Part shown: one piece after another, positions 1 to 9,869 of the stretch
Layout of the letters: every line of letters begins with the position of its first letter
How positions within the stretch are numbered: position 1 is the stretch's first letter
Source: Candidatus Pelearchaeum maunauluense
GTDB taxonomy: Archaea; Thermoproteota; Nitrososphaeria_A; Caldarchaeales; Caldarchaeaceae
DNA: 64,000 nucleotides
Reading direction: 5' to 3'
NCBI GenBank assembly: GCA_030059675.1
Contig: JANVYQ010000001.1
Location: forward strand, 96,001-160,000
Made by a program: the position numbers and the translations under genes
Notes under the pieces: generated by a model
Seen by the model: only the letters and a program-made list of their open reading frames with translations
Database searches by the model: none
What the model was told of the DNA's origin: nothing

Positions 1-11
1 GCATTATCTTT

Positions 12-929
12 TTGTTAATAATATTTTATTTATTTTTAAGAATTTTATCAAAACCACTCAGAAAGCTAATAAAAAGAGATTCAATCAATATCAATTCATT
101 AATCAATCAAAGAATGTTAACACACTTGCCACTAGGTTTAAACATGAAAACTATAAACGTGACATTTATATTCAGATCAAGAGATTTAGTCAATATCTAT
201 TCCATTTTGCTTAACGATCACTATGAAAAAATTGAAAGAGACTTAATCAAAGATCTCAAACCTGATATATTTGTAGATGTGAATAAGTTTGAATTTATAC
301 ATAATGCGGTGAATATTGATAGATTTAGGCCTGATCTTGGCTTGTCTGATAAAGTGCAAGAAATAGTAAATGGTTATCAATATATCTTTTACGCAGGACG
401 AATAAATGAGAAGAAGGGAGTCGGGGATCTTTTAAGGGCATTTGCTTATATAAAAGATAATTTTAGTGATGTGGTTGTAGTATTGGCTGGTCAAGCTGAG
501 GGTTATTATACTTATTATTTTAATGAACTCGCGAGAAAACTTGGTATAAGTGATAGGGTGTTTTTCGTTGGGCCTGTTCCTAATAGTGAAATGCCGTATT
601 ATCTTAATGGTTGTTTGTTTATGGCTTATCTAACGCGTGGAGCTGAGGGGATACCTCGTGCTATTTTAGAGGCTATGGCTTGTGGAAAGCCAGTTTTGGC
701 CACGCGTGTTGCTGGTATACCTGAGGCTGTTAGGGATGGTGAGACTGGGTATCTTGTGGAGCCGCGTAATATAGAACAGATTTCTGCTCGTCTTTCATTT
801 ATGTTATCTAACAGAAAAGAGCTCCAATATATGGGCTTGCGTGCTCGGCGCTTAGTTGAAAATGAATTTAGTTATGATGTTGTTATACCAAAGTTGGTAG
901 AGTTGTTCCGTGATATTTCTAGTGAGTGA
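12..929 (+). CDS. GT-B glycosyltransferase family 4, probably 5'-truncated by the window edge; AT-rich
   Basis: YAGRINEKKG, EGIPRAILEAMACGKPVLATRVAGIPEAVRDGETGYLV are GT4 C-terminal motifs. Confidence 0.9.
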   Translation: MLIIFYLFLRILSKPLRKLIKRDSININSLINQRMLTHLPLGLNMKTINVTFIFRSRDLVNIYSILLNDHYEKIERDLIKDLKPDIFVDVNKFEFIHNAVNIDRFRPDLGLSDKVQEIVNGYQYIFYAGRINEKKGVGDLLRAFAYIKDNFSDVVVVLAGQAEGYYTYYFNELARKLGISDRVFFVGPVPNSEMPYYLNGCLFMAYLTRGAEGIPRAILEAMACGKPVLATRVAGIPEAVRDGETGYLVEPRNIEQISARLSFMLSNRKELQYMGLRARRLVENEFSYDVVIPKLVELFRDISSE

Positions 930-2053
930 AATGGGTTATGCGGGTTTTGTTTTCTGCTTCTGGTGGTCGGGTTGGTGGTGCTACGATGGCTTTGCTTTAT
1001 TTAGCTTTGGGTTTTTCTGGTTTGGGTGTTGAGCCTATTCTTTTGACTACTCCTCCTTTAGCTATGTATCGGAGGTTGTATAGTAGGTTGGCTGGTTGTG
1101 GTGTTGTTTTGGTTGTTTCTAGGTGGCGTTGGCGTGGTTTGGCTTATTGGTTGTGGCTGGTCTTTGCGGCGGTTTTGGCTGTTAGGCGTTATGGAGTTGG
1201 GGTTATTCATTGTCATGGGACTAAGGAGGCGGCTGTGCTTGGTTTGGTTGGCCGTCTTTTGAGGAGGCGTGTTGTCTATACTGTTGAGGGCGACCCGTTG
1301 ATGGAGCTTTATTACGCTGATAAGAGGCCTGGGCTGCTTGTTAGGGTTTTGCTTGCATGTGCTTGGTTTGTTGGTCTTAGGCTTGCTAGTGTGGTTGTTG
1401 GTTGTAGTAGGTGGATGGCTGAGACTCTGCGGCGTAGGTATGGTGTTGAAGCGCTTTGGGTTTGGAATCCAATAGATTATGCCCGTTTCAGCTCCGCCGA
1501 TGATGGGGGGCTGCGTGGTGAGAATGTAGCGGTTGTTGCGCGTTTTGAGAGGGTTAAGGGTATCAAGACGATTATCCGCGCTTTCTCTAGGGTTCATGGA
1601 GCTAGGCCAGGTAGCAGGCTTGTGTTGGTTGGTGATGGTGTTGAGCGCGGTGAGCTTGAAGCCTATGCGCGGGAGCTAGGCCTTGGTGGGAGCGTTGTCT
1701 TTATGGGTTTTCGCGATGACGTTGAGAGGATACTTGCTGATTCGTGTTGTTTGGTTATGCCGTCGCTTTATGAGCCGTTTGGGATGGCTGCTGCGGAAGC
1801 TCAGGCTGCTGGTAGGCCTGTTATAGCAGCAGCGACGGGTGGGCTTTTGGAGATTGTGAAGGATGGTGAGACTGGGTTTCTCTTTAGGCCTGCTGACTGG
1901 CGTCAGCTGTCTGAGAAGCTTCAGAAGATACTGGATGACCCTGCGCTACGCGAGCGTATGGGTTCTGCCGCTAGGCTTAATGCGCGGCGATTTGCTCCTG
2001 AAGAGATAGCGAGGCGCTACCTCTCCATATATAGGAGGCTCCTAGCCAGATAG
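926..2053 (+). CDS. Glycosyltransferase family 4
   Basis: ARFERVKG and PSLYEPFGMAAAEAQAAGRPVI motifs; overlaps the upstream stop. Confidence 0.92.
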   Translation: MKWVMRVLFSASGGRVGGATMALLYLALGFSGLGVEPILLTTPPLAMYRRLYSRLAGCGVVLVVSRWRWRGLAYWLWLVFAAVLAVRRYGVGVIHCHGTKEAAVLGLVGRLLRRRVVYTVEGDPLMELYYADKRPGLLVRVLLACAWFVGLRLASVVVGCSRWMAETLRRRYGVEALWVWNPIDYARFSSADDGGLRGENVAVVARFERVKGIKTIIRAFSRVHGARPGSRLVLVGDGVERGELEAYARELGLGGSVVFMGFRDDVERILADSCCLVMPSLYEPFGMAAAEAQAAGRPVIAAATGGLLEIVKDGETGFLFRPADWRQLSEKLQKILDDPALRERMGSAARLNARRFAPEEIARRYLSIYRRLLAR

Positions 2054-2060
2054 TTCTTTG

Positions 2061-2489
2061 TTATGTTGTGTGCTGTTCATACTCGCTTATCAGTCTGCTT
2101 ACGTTCTCTAAAACCTCTCTCGTCATGTTAAATGCTTCTTTTGCTTCGTCTCTTGTGAAGAGCATGTCTGCTGGGTTTGTGGATAGCTCATCGCCGTACA
2201 TGGCGGGTTCTCTCTTCTCCGCCACGATTCTACTGATTTTCGCCATCTTTTCCACTTCAAACCATCTTGGACACCTGTCTGCGAATCTTAGAAGCACGTT
2301 ACTTACATCGTGTTTCTTTGGATATTCTATTCCTACGAGTCTTAACGCGCCTTTTAGAGCTAGTTCCACGCATTCTTGTGAGCTTCTGATGGCGTAGGCT
2401 GGGCTTCCTTCATTGTATTCTCTCTTTGCGGTCTCTAATCTGCGGGTGCCCTGATTTACTAATGCTCTCGCGATTTTGATGTTGTTCAT
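2061..2489 (-). CDS. HEPN domain protein (partner of the upstream MNT)
   Basis: SQECVELALKGAL...YPKKHDV; likely ATG at 2489 overlapping the MNT stop. Confidence 0.85.
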   Translation of the reverse strand: MNNIKIARALVNQGTRRLETAKREYNEGSPAYAIRSSQECVELALKGALRLVGIEYPKKHDVSNVLLRFADRCPRWFEVEKMAKISRIVAEKREPAMYGDELSTNPADMLFTRDEAKEAFNMTREVLENVSRLISEYEQHTT

Positions 2490-3232
2490 ATTTCTATGAC
2501 CTCTCCGAAGCGTAAGTTGGGTTTGAGAACCCATACCCACTCGTGGTCAGATAGCATTATTCGCCTCGCGTGTAGCTTCTTTAGGTTTTGCTTAGCCTCT
2601 TTAGCTACTCTAAGGTATGTTCCATCGTCCATTAGGACTATTCCGTCTATTAGTGTGTCCAATATGATTGGTGGATGTTCTGCTAATGTGCTAGGTGATA
2701 TTGGGTAGAAGGAGATGTGGGTGTCTATTCCATGTTCTTCAAGCCATCGTATCTCTCTTGATACTTTAGGTGATTCTTCTATTTCCACGAGTTTCTCCAG
2801 CGACTGGCCGAGGGAGTCGAATCCCTCTACTACGACGAGGAGGTCTATGTCGCTGTCTGTTCTGGCGTTCCCACGCGCAACTGAGCCGAAGAGTATTATG
2901 CTCTTAATCCAAGGGTGTTTATGCGCTTCTGCGCAGAATAATCCTAGGAGCCTCGCGTATCTCTGCTGTGGAATTTTATCAAGCCCCCTTATCACACCAT
3001 CTACGGCTAGGGTATATGCTTCTGGCTCGGCGAGCCTGTAAAATCTCCTACGCCCTCTACCCTCGTGTAAGAATATACAGGCGCTCCGTCGCATTCAGCT
3101 TAGAGCCACTCTGGCAGCCACATCACTCCTAACCAGTCTCTCAACATCTTCAACAGTGAATATATCTTCACCAAAGCGGGAGTATAGCCTGCAATAGAGT
3201 CTACCCAACCATCGTGGAAGCCAGCTGGCCAT
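2486..3232 (-). pseudogene. wHTH-fused minimal nucleotidyltransferase (MNT antitoxin) split by an in-frame TGA at 3095-3097
   Basis: ATG at 3232 opens MASWLPRWLGRLY...RVALS, then TGA, then ATG in the same frame into LFGSVARG..SDIDLLVV. Confidence 0.75.
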
Positions 3233-3234
3233 TA

Positions 3235-3253
3235 CGTTACCTATTAGGTAACG
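3235..3253. promoter_or_regulatory. Perfect inverted repeat CGTTACCTA-T-TAGGTAACG, candidate autoregulatory operator
   Basis: Lies between a minus-strand TATA-like box (CTTATATAGA, ~3256-3265) and the ATG at 3232. Confidence 0.65.
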
Positions 3254-3366
3254 CATCTATATAAGTCTCCTAGACATCAGCTTACAGATAGATTACCCAC
3301 AGCTTCTCCATACTTGCTGCCTGCTCACTATCTTTTAATACGGCTGGCTTACGGTCAGAGGCAGCC

Positions 3367-4329
3367 TTGATAATAGTGACGGGAGCGTTTGGCTTTATCG
3401 GTAGTCATCTTGTTGAGGCTTTGCTGGATAGGGGTGATGAGGTTATTGCGTTGAGCCAGCCTGCTCCCCCTGAGAATAACTACGCGTATATTGCGCGTCA
3501 TCCTAATGCGCATAGGATGCGTGTTGTCTTAGCTGATGCCCGCGACCTAGATGCTATGAAGGCGCTCTTTAAGGCGAGTCAGCCTGAGGTTGTTTATCAC
3601 CTCGCCGCTATGGCGTCGCATAGGCTCAGCATGAATGAGCCATACCAGTATCTAAACGCCAACATACCCTCGGTTATGAGCGTCCTTGAGGCAGCGCGCC
3701 TCACCGAGCCCAGCCCCAAGATAGTCTTCACCTCCAGCAGCAGCATCTACGGTGATAACAAGCCGCCCTTCAACGAGAACATGGAGCCCAGACCAAAGGG
3801 GCCTTATGCTGTCAGTAAGGTTCTTGGAGAGAGGCTATGCAGGCTGTATAACGAGGCTTATGGATTGGATTGCCCCATAATAAGATACTTTAATGTTGTT
3901 GGTGAGCGTTGTCGTAGTAATATTGTTTTTAGGATTTTTGCTGACAGGATTATACGTGGTCTTCCTGTTGAGGTTAATGGTAGGTGGTTTGACGGTGAGT
4001 TCAGGCCTGCTGAGAGGGACTTTACCTATGTGAGCGACGCTGTTGAGGGAACTATCCTGGTTGGTGAGAAGACGGGTGGATGCGAGATATTCAACATAGG
4101 TTTCGGCAGGCCTGTGAGCGTTATGCGCATAGCTGAGCTGCTCATGGAGTATCTTGGGAGGAGGAGTCAGACGTTCTTTACAGAGCTTAAGCCCCATGAG
4201 GCGCTGATAAGCTACTCCGACAACACAAAGGCGCGCAACATGCTTGGCTGGTCGCCGCGCGTGGATATAGACGAGATGACGCGCAAATATGCTGAGTGGT
4301 ACAGGAATACCAGCTCATCCCTAAGGTAA
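3367..4329 (+). CDS. NAD-dependent nucleotide-sugar epimerase/dehydratase (extended SDR)
   Basis: TGAFGFIG, SSSSIYG, YAVSK, RDFTYVSD. Confidence 0.92.
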   Translation: MIIVTGAFGFIGSHLVEALLDRGDEVIALSQPAPPENNYAYIARHPNAHRMRVVLADARDLDAMKALFKASQPEVVYHLAAMASHRLSMNEPYQYLNANIPSVMSVLEAARLTEPSPKIVFTSSSSIYGDNKPPFNENMEPRPKGPYAVSKVLGERLCRLYNEAYGLDCPIIRYFNVVGERCRSNIVFRIFADRIIRGLPVEVNGRWFDGEFRPAERDFTYVSDAVEGTILVGEKTGGCEIFNIGFGRPVSVMRIAELLMEYLGRRSQTFFTELKPHEALISYSDNTKARNMLGWSPRVDIDEMTRKYAEWYRNTSSSLR

Positions 4330-4755
4330 AGGTGGGTCAAGTCCCCGCTCATCCAAATACCTAAGAAGTTTGGCCATCAGATTGGATACACGCTCAATAA
4401 ACAGCGGAAGTTCTTCATGCAGAAGCTTATAATCCACATCAGCATATAAATGAACCAAGATATTTCTTAGTCCTGTGAGCTCTTCAGCCCACTCTGCCTC
4501 GGTTTCTGTGAATACGTCATGCGCACGTAATTCCCGTGGGATTGACTTGTATGTTTTTGGTGGTGTCCATCCCTCAGCAGCGATTATCGCATTACCTACA
4601 TCCAAAAGTGCTTCAATCGCTACATGAACCTCCCTCTCAACAGCTGGGAATACGTCTTTTTCAAACAATTCATCAAGACGTAATGTTGAATATTTCTTTA
4701 GACGATTTATAGCCTGCTCAAATCTCGCTATTCTATGTTGTAGTTTTTCCTGCAA
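4321..4755 (-). CDS. HepT-like (DUF86) HEPN ribonuclease toxin
   Basis: GLRNILVHLY = Rx4H(x)Y motif; downstream of MNT. Confidence 0.88.
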   Translation of the reverse strand: MQEKLQHRIARFEQAINRLKKYSTLRLDELFEKDVFPAVEREVHVAIEALLDVGNAIIAAEGWTPPKTYKSIPRELRAHDVFTETEAEWAEELTGLRNILVHLYADVDYKLLHEELPLFIERVSNLMAKLLRYLDERGLDPPLP

Positions 4756-5149
4756 GGATTCTCTCCCTCATCTTTTCATAATGTAGTCTGAGTACTGGAG
4801 CTATGTCCAGATACATGATTGTATAGTATATTTTGTCTTTGAGTAGCTGTTGTTTATCATTTACTATTAGGGGCTTTCCGCTTGTTAGGGCGCTGTATGC
4901 TATGTCTAGTGGTGCTTTTTCGACGTCTATAATATCAATGGTTGTGGCGTAGGCTAGGCTTAGCCTGCCTGAGAGCTTCGCACAGAGCTTGAGGCGTGTT
5001 ACCGCATCTTTAGAGCGCCATTTTACAGCAATATCAATATCGCTGTCATCCCGCGCTGTTCCCTCGGAATGCGAGCCGAAGAGTATAGCATAAGCTAGTT
5101 CTGGTTCTCTTGAGAGCTCAGCCCGTAGCCGCTCGGAGAGTCCCATCAC
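4733..5149 (-). CDS. MntA-like nucleotidyltransferase antitoxin
   Basis: LFGSHSEG..DSDIDIAV; overlaps the HepT start. Confidence 0.88.
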   Translation of the reverse strand: MMGLSERLRAELSREPELAYAILFGSHSEGTARDDSDIDIAVKWRSKDAVTRLKLCAKLSGRLSLAYATTIDIIDVEKAPLDIAYSALTSGKPLIVNDKQQLLKDKIYYTIMYLDIAPVLRLHYEKMRERILAGKTTT

Positions 5150-5290
5150 TCATTAGATAATGTTCATGCTTCTATTTATGAGGGTTGTAGAGTGGCGTAT
5201 TACGTGGAGACGTGCCTGATAATGGATGAGCGTGTTTGTGGTTGGGCAGTCCTTTATATACGCTGCACCTACGGTGAGTAGGGTAGGGAG

Positions 5291-6118
5291 TTGAGGTTTG
5301 GCCTAATCATACCCAACATGAGCCCTTACTGCGATGTTAAGCCAATCTCCGAGGCTGCGCGTGTTGCTGAGGATTCTGGGTTTGAGGCTCTGCTCATCTG
5401 GGACCACTACACCCTCCCATGGAGCGACGCCACGCTTGACGCTTGGGTTGTCCTCTCATACCTCTCCTCAATAACGGAGAGGATTAGGCTGGGAACCTGC
5501 GTCTCTCCGATCCCCTTCAGAAACCCCGCCGTCCTAGCCAAGATTGCCGCTTCCGTTGATATTATCTCTGGCGGCAGGGTTATCCTCGGCGTAGGCGCTG
5601 GCTGGCATAGGCCAGAGTTTGAGGGGTTTAGCGAGTGGTATCCAGATGCCGAGCGCGTGACCAGGACGTTTGAGGGTGTAAAGATTATGAAAGCCCTCTG
5701 GGAGCGGGGCAGGCTCAGCTACGAAGGGCGCTACTACAAGGTGCGGGGCGCCGTTGTAGAGCCCAGGCCGATACAGAGGCCAGGCCCACCGCTCTGGTTC
5801 GGCACCACAGGCAGGAGAATGCTACGCTTCGCAGCAGAGAACGGAGATGGATGGATACCAACCATGACAACACCACGCGAATACAGCAAACTAGCCAGCT
5901 ACCTACGCCAACACATAAAAACCGACAAGCTACCCAACTTCACCTTCGCATACGCAGACTTCGACATCTACAACACGCCAAACGAATATATCACAACGAT
6001 TGAGAAATATGGGAGCGTTGGCTGCATGCTCTACTGCGTGACGTGGAGGTTTCCGAAGCAGCAGTTCATCGCTAAGCTTAGGGAGTTTGCCCGCGAGGTT
6101 ATGCCCAGCTTTGGATGA
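5291..6118 (+). CDS. LLM-class flavin/F420-dependent oxidoreductase
   Basis: WDHY, RIRLGTCV, SGGRVILGVGAGW, P-x-QRPGPPLW. Confidence 0.9.
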   Translation: MRFGLIIPNMSPYCDVKPISEAARVAEDSGFEALLIWDHYTLPWSDATLDAWVVLSYLSSITERIRLGTCVSPIPFRNPAVLAKIAASVDIISGGRVILGVGAGWHRPEFEGFSEWYPDAERVTRTFEGVKIMKALWERGRLSYEGRYYKVRGAVVEPRPIQRPGPPLWFGTTGRRMLRFAAENGDGWIPTMTTPREYSKLASYLRQHIKTDKLPNFTFAYADFDIYNTPNEYITTIEKYGSVGCMLYCVTWRFPKQQFIAKLREFAREVMPSFG

Positions 6119-6162
6119 GGCAAACCTATAATCATGGCCCTTTCATTGAGTATTGTTGGTGT

Positions 6163-6554
6163 ATGTCTGTAAATAGGCGGGCCGTCGTCTGGTTTGATGA
6201 GGCGGTGGAGGATTTGGAGACCGGCAAGAAGCTCTTTGAGGCTAGTAGATATGCCCACGCGTGTTTCCACGCTCAGCAAGCCGCTGAGAAAGCCTTGGAA
6301 GCCCTCATAGTAGCAAGGCTTCACCGCATAGAGCATAGCCATGACCTCGTAGAACTCTATGAGCATGTCAGCAGCTTCGTAAAGCTGGAATGCGCCGACA
6401 AGCTACCCGCGCTCTCAGCGTTCTACACGCAGGCCAGATATCCCAACGCAGGGCTTTTGAGGCGTCTAAGGAGATAACTAGCGGGCAGGCGCGCGAAGCT
6501 ATAGAGACCGCTGGGTGCGTGGTTGATGCTGTCAAGCCTCTCGTCAAGGCATAG
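6163..6554 (+). pseudogene. HEPN domain protein, frameshifted near 6463
   Basis: CFHAQQAAEKAL, HDLVEL, ARYPNAG; the C-terminal helix SKEITSGQAREAIETA...VKA* continues in another frame. Confidence 0.8.
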
Positions 6555-6831
6555 AGAGACTATACAGGCTTTCTTGTAGAGCCTAAAGCGGGAGCTCCCT
6601 GACGCTGAGGCCTATCTCTTCGGAAGCCTAGCGCGCGGCGACTGGCTGGAGGACAGCGACGTGGATATAATAGTTGTCACAGACAAGCTAGCTACGCAGA
6701 AGCCCTGGGAGAGGACAGCCAAGCTCAGACGCTTAGCGCCGGCCAACACAGGCTTTGACATAATAGCGCTGACACACGAGGAGTTTAGGAATGCACAGGG
6801 AGATTATGATAAGCTTATTAAACTCTTATAA
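6526..6831 (+). pseudogene. MNT nucleotidyltransferase with in-frame TAG at 6577-6579
   Basis: MLSSLSSRHRETIQAFL*SLKRELPDAEAYLFGSLARGDWLEDSDVDIIVV; absent from the ORF track. Confidence 0.8.
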
Positions 6832-6872
6832 TTCTTAACCCATTTTGGTAACTACAGACTCCAAAAAGACGC

Positions 6873-6900
6873 CTTTTTCGTGTCTCTAGACACGAAAAAG
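6873..6900. repeat. Perfect 13-bp inverted repeat CTTTTTCGTGTCT-CT-AGACACGAAAAAG
   Basis: Read directly; immediately upstream of the ATPase gene. Confidence 0.85.
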
Positions 6901-6918
6901 TAATATTATTCGTCGGAG

Positions 6919-8403
6919 GTGTTACGAAAAATGCGCTGGCAGGATTTGGTGGCGATAAACCCTTGGTGGCGTAGGGGTGTGGATTTTGAGCCAGACGACC
7001 CAGACATGATGCGGCTGGGAGAAGCCCCCATTAAGATTGAGAGGAAGAAGTTAGCGTTGCAGCCAGGCAGGATATACATCCTCCGCGGAATCAGGCGCGT
7101 AGGCAAGACAGTATACCTCAAGAATCTAGTATATCACCTAATATCTGAAGGGATAGACCCCAGAAGCATACTCTACATTTCATGCGATAGGCTGGGAGGT
7201 AGGGGGAAAGCCTTATTGAATGCTATAAGGAATTTCCTAGACAACTTCACTCCAGCAAAGTCGTTCATAATGCTTGATGAGATAACCTACCTTAAGGATG
7301 AGTGGATTCTCGTTCTTAAAGAGCTTGCTGAAAGACCTGAAGCCGAAAACATGGCGATAATAGCGACAGGCTCAAATCCAGCATCAATAAGAGAGAAATC
7401 TGAACGCCTTCCAGGGAGGCGTGTAGAGGGAAATAACTATCTCATGTATCCGCTGACATTCAGGCAGTATCTCGCGAATCTCTCCAATCATGCTGGGTTA
7501 AGCGCATCTCTACGCGAAGCAGCTATGAAGATAAGCAGCCTTAACGAAATAAGCATACCACTACGAAGCGATGATTTGAGAAACATTACCGACGCATCAC
7601 TATACTTGAATGAACTACAGATACTCTTCCGCAAGTATCTACTAAGCGGCGGATTCCCTCACACTATAAATGAATATCTTAAAAATGGATGGATAAGCCT
7701 TGATAGATACGAGGAGCTTATCAAGGTTGTGTTGGGAGATTTATCGTCGGTCAATAGAAGCGAAGCTATAGCTAAGGTTTTGTTAAGCGAGGTAATTGAT
7801 AGACAGAACTATGGCCAGAGAACAAGCTACACATCGCTAGGAGCTAGGACTGGCTACCCTCATACGACCATCCTAAGCTATCTTGAGACTCTTGAAGAGG
7901 GGTTCATTCTATTTACTCTCAACGCGGTTGATGCCAGCAGTAGGAGATGGCGGATAAAGCCCAAGTCGGATAAGAAGATATTCGTTATAGACCCGTTTCT
8001 ATATCATGCTTTAGCAGCATATCTGCGTGGTGAGGAGGGCTTTAGCTTATCGGAGGAGATGATAAACGATGAAGAGCTGTCTTCCAAGCTTGTTGAGGGC
8101 GTTGTTGCGTCTCACCTGCTTAGAATAAGAATAGCACCACACTTGGTTGAGAAGGACTCGTTCTTGGGCTTCACATACGATAAGAGAGGAGAGATTGACA
8201 TCGTTTTTAGAGCAGCAGACAAAGTGGTTGGTTTTGAGGTGAAGTATAAAGAAGAAATAGGCAGGATTAAGCATAATAACGTGTATGGTATGCGGGCGTC
8301 GGTGATTTTGACGAGGAACGACTATAATCTATCCCAGGAGCCGCCGGTCATACCAGTATCTCTTTTTCTGGCCTTATTACCTAGGTCAAGTAAGTTGCTG
8401 TGA
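6919..8403 (+). CDS. AAA_14/DUF4143-type ATPase with C-terminal PD-(D/E)xK-like domain
   Basis: GIRRVGKT, LDEI, ATGS, LPGR, GGFP, DPFLYH, EIDIV..FEVKY. Confidence 0.88.
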   Translation: MLRKMRWQDLVAINPWWRRGVDFEPDDPDMMRLGEAPIKIERKKLALQPGRIYILRGIRRVGKTVYLKNLVYHLISEGIDPRSILYISCDRLGGRGKALLNAIRNFLDNFTPAKSFIMLDEITYLKDEWILVLKELAERPEAENMAIIATGSNPASIREKSERLPGRRVEGNNYLMYPLTFRQYLANLSNHAGLSASLREAAMKISSLNEISIPLRSDDLRNITDASLYLNELQILFRKYLLSGGFPHTINEYLKNGWISLDRYEELIKVVLGDLSSVNRSEAIAKVLLSEVIDRQNYGQRTSYTSLGARTGYPHTTILSYLETLEEGFILFTLNAVDASSRRWRIKPKSDKKIFVIDPFLYHALAAYLRGEEGFSLSEEMINDEELSSKLVEGVVASHLLRIRIAPHLVEKDSFLGFTYDKRGEIDIVFRAADKVVGFEVKYKEEIGRIKHNNVYGMRASVILTRNDYNLSQEPPVIPVSLFLALLPRSSKLL

Positions 8404-8417
8404 CGTTGGTGGTTGTT

Positions 8418-8951
8418 ATGGTTGTGGTTAATGGTGTTGATGTTGGTAAGGTGCGTGATGCTTTGCGTGTTGTTGGGGAGCAGGCTTCTGTTGTTGAGAA
8501 TCGTGTTAGAATGAACCTGCGTAGGGCGCGTGTTATATGGTCTGGTGATGGCCTTGCTGTGCGTGTCTTCTGCGGTAGGGCTTCCTTTAGGGTTGACGAG
8601 CCTGTCGAGCCTGGGGCTAGTGGCGAAGCTCCTACCGCTGTTGAATACTTGTTGGGAAGCTTGGCCGCCTGCGTCGCCATAGGCGTGGTCTATAACGCTT
8701 CCCTGCGCAACATTAGCTTGGATTCGCTTGAGGTGGCCGCTGAGGGCAGGATAAACAACATACTCACATTCCTAGGGCTGGAGAACGGTGGCCACCCCGG
8801 GTTTGAGGAGGTCAGCCTGAAGGTCTATGTTAGGAGCGGCGCGCGTGAGGAGGAGCTTAGGGAGCTGGTGGAGCATAGCATAGCAACATCCCCCGTGGTT
8901 AATTCGCTCACGCGGAGCGTGCGGCTTAAGCATGAGCTTAGGGTCTTCTAG
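8418..8951 (+). CDS. OsmC-like protein (single Cys)
   Basis: DEP..G..P..EYLLGSLAAC; C-terminal TSPV. Confidence 0.85.
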   Translation: MVVVNGVDVGKVRDALRVVGEQASVVENRVRMNLRRARVIWSGDGLAVRVFCGRASFRVDEPVEPGASGEAPTAVEYLLGSLAACVAIGVVYNASLRNISLDSLEVAAEGRINNILTFLGLENGGHPGFEEVSLKVYVRSGAREEELRELVEHSIATSPVVNSLTRSVRLKHELRVF

Positions 8952-9769
8952 AGCTCTTCCAGCATTTTACCTCCCACGAGCAGCTGGCCAGCGTCTATGA
9001 TGAACGCCTGGCCCGTTATTGCCCCAGCCTCCTCAGAGGCCAGGAACGCCACCAGCGCCGCGACCTCCTCAGGCTTCACAAGCCTCCCCAGCAAGGTGTG
9101 CTTACTGGCCCACCTGCTCTTCGCCTCCTCCAGGCTTAGGCCAGAGTAGCTAGGCGAGACCCTCCTGAGAAGCTCTATCAAGCTGAGGCCCATCTTCGTC
9201 TCCACGACGCCTGGGCATACTGCGTTGGCAGTTATGTTATGCGGCGCCAGCTCTGCTGCTAGTGTTTGTGTAAGCGCTATCACCCCTGCCTTCGCCGCGC
9301 TATACGCTCCCAGCCCAGGCGTTGCTCTCACGCCAGCTATTGAGGAGATGTTGATTATCCTGCCCCAGCGCCTGGCTATCATGTGCGGCGCCGCTTCGCG
9401 CGAGACGTAGAAGACGCCTGAGAGGTCTGTCTCTATCATCCTTCTCCATAGCTCGTTGTCCGTTGAGAGTAGGGGCGCCGCGATTCCCTGGCCAGCGTTG
9501 TTGATTAGTATGTCTATCCTTCCCAGCTCTTTCTCGGCTGTCTCCACTAGGTGTGCGGCCTCGTCTGGGCTGCTCACATCCGCCTTCACGGCGATCGCCT
9601 TCACGCCGTAGCTCTCTGCTTGCCGCGCTACCTCGCGCGCCTCCTCGCCATGCCGCCTGAAGCTCACCGCCACGTCAGCGCCGCGTCTAGCCAGCTCAAG
9701 CGCAACCGCGCGGCCTATGCCCCTACTACCACCCGTTATCAACGCAGCCCTGCCAACGAGAGACGCCAA
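8948..9769 (-). CDS. Classical SDR oxidoreductase (FabG-like)
   Basis: TGGSRGIG, NNAG, YSAAK. Confidence 0.92.
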   Translation of the reverse strand: MASLVGRAALITGGSRGIGRAVALELARRGADVAVSFRRHGEEAREVARQAESYGVKAIAVKADVSSPDEAAHLVETAEKELGRIDILINNAGQGIAAPLLSTDNELWRRMIETDLSGVFYVSREAAPHMIARRWGRIINISSIAGVRATPGLGAYSAAKAGVIALTQTLAAELAPHNITANAVCPGVVETKMGLSLIELLRRVSPSYSGLSLEEAKSRWASKHTLLGRLVKPEEVAALVAFLASEEAGAITGQAFIIDAGQLLVGGKMLEEL

Positions 9770-9869
9770 CGGAAACCACCAGCCAACAAAAGTTGCGGTG
9801 ATTTTTATCTTATGACCAGGGGCTTACAACTTATTATTATCAGCGGTTTTCGGCATTATTGGGTTTTGG

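Noticed and set aside
1058-1597. Asn/Thr/Pro-rich 179-aa ORF and similar antisense ORFs (21481-22308, 58177-58860, 11545-12144)
   Set aside because: Shadows of well-supported genes on the opposite strand, produced by compositional skew.
3095-3097. In-frame TGA as selenocysteine
   Set aside because: The context fits Arg (CGA) in a helix rather than a redox Cys, and no SECIS-like element was recognised.
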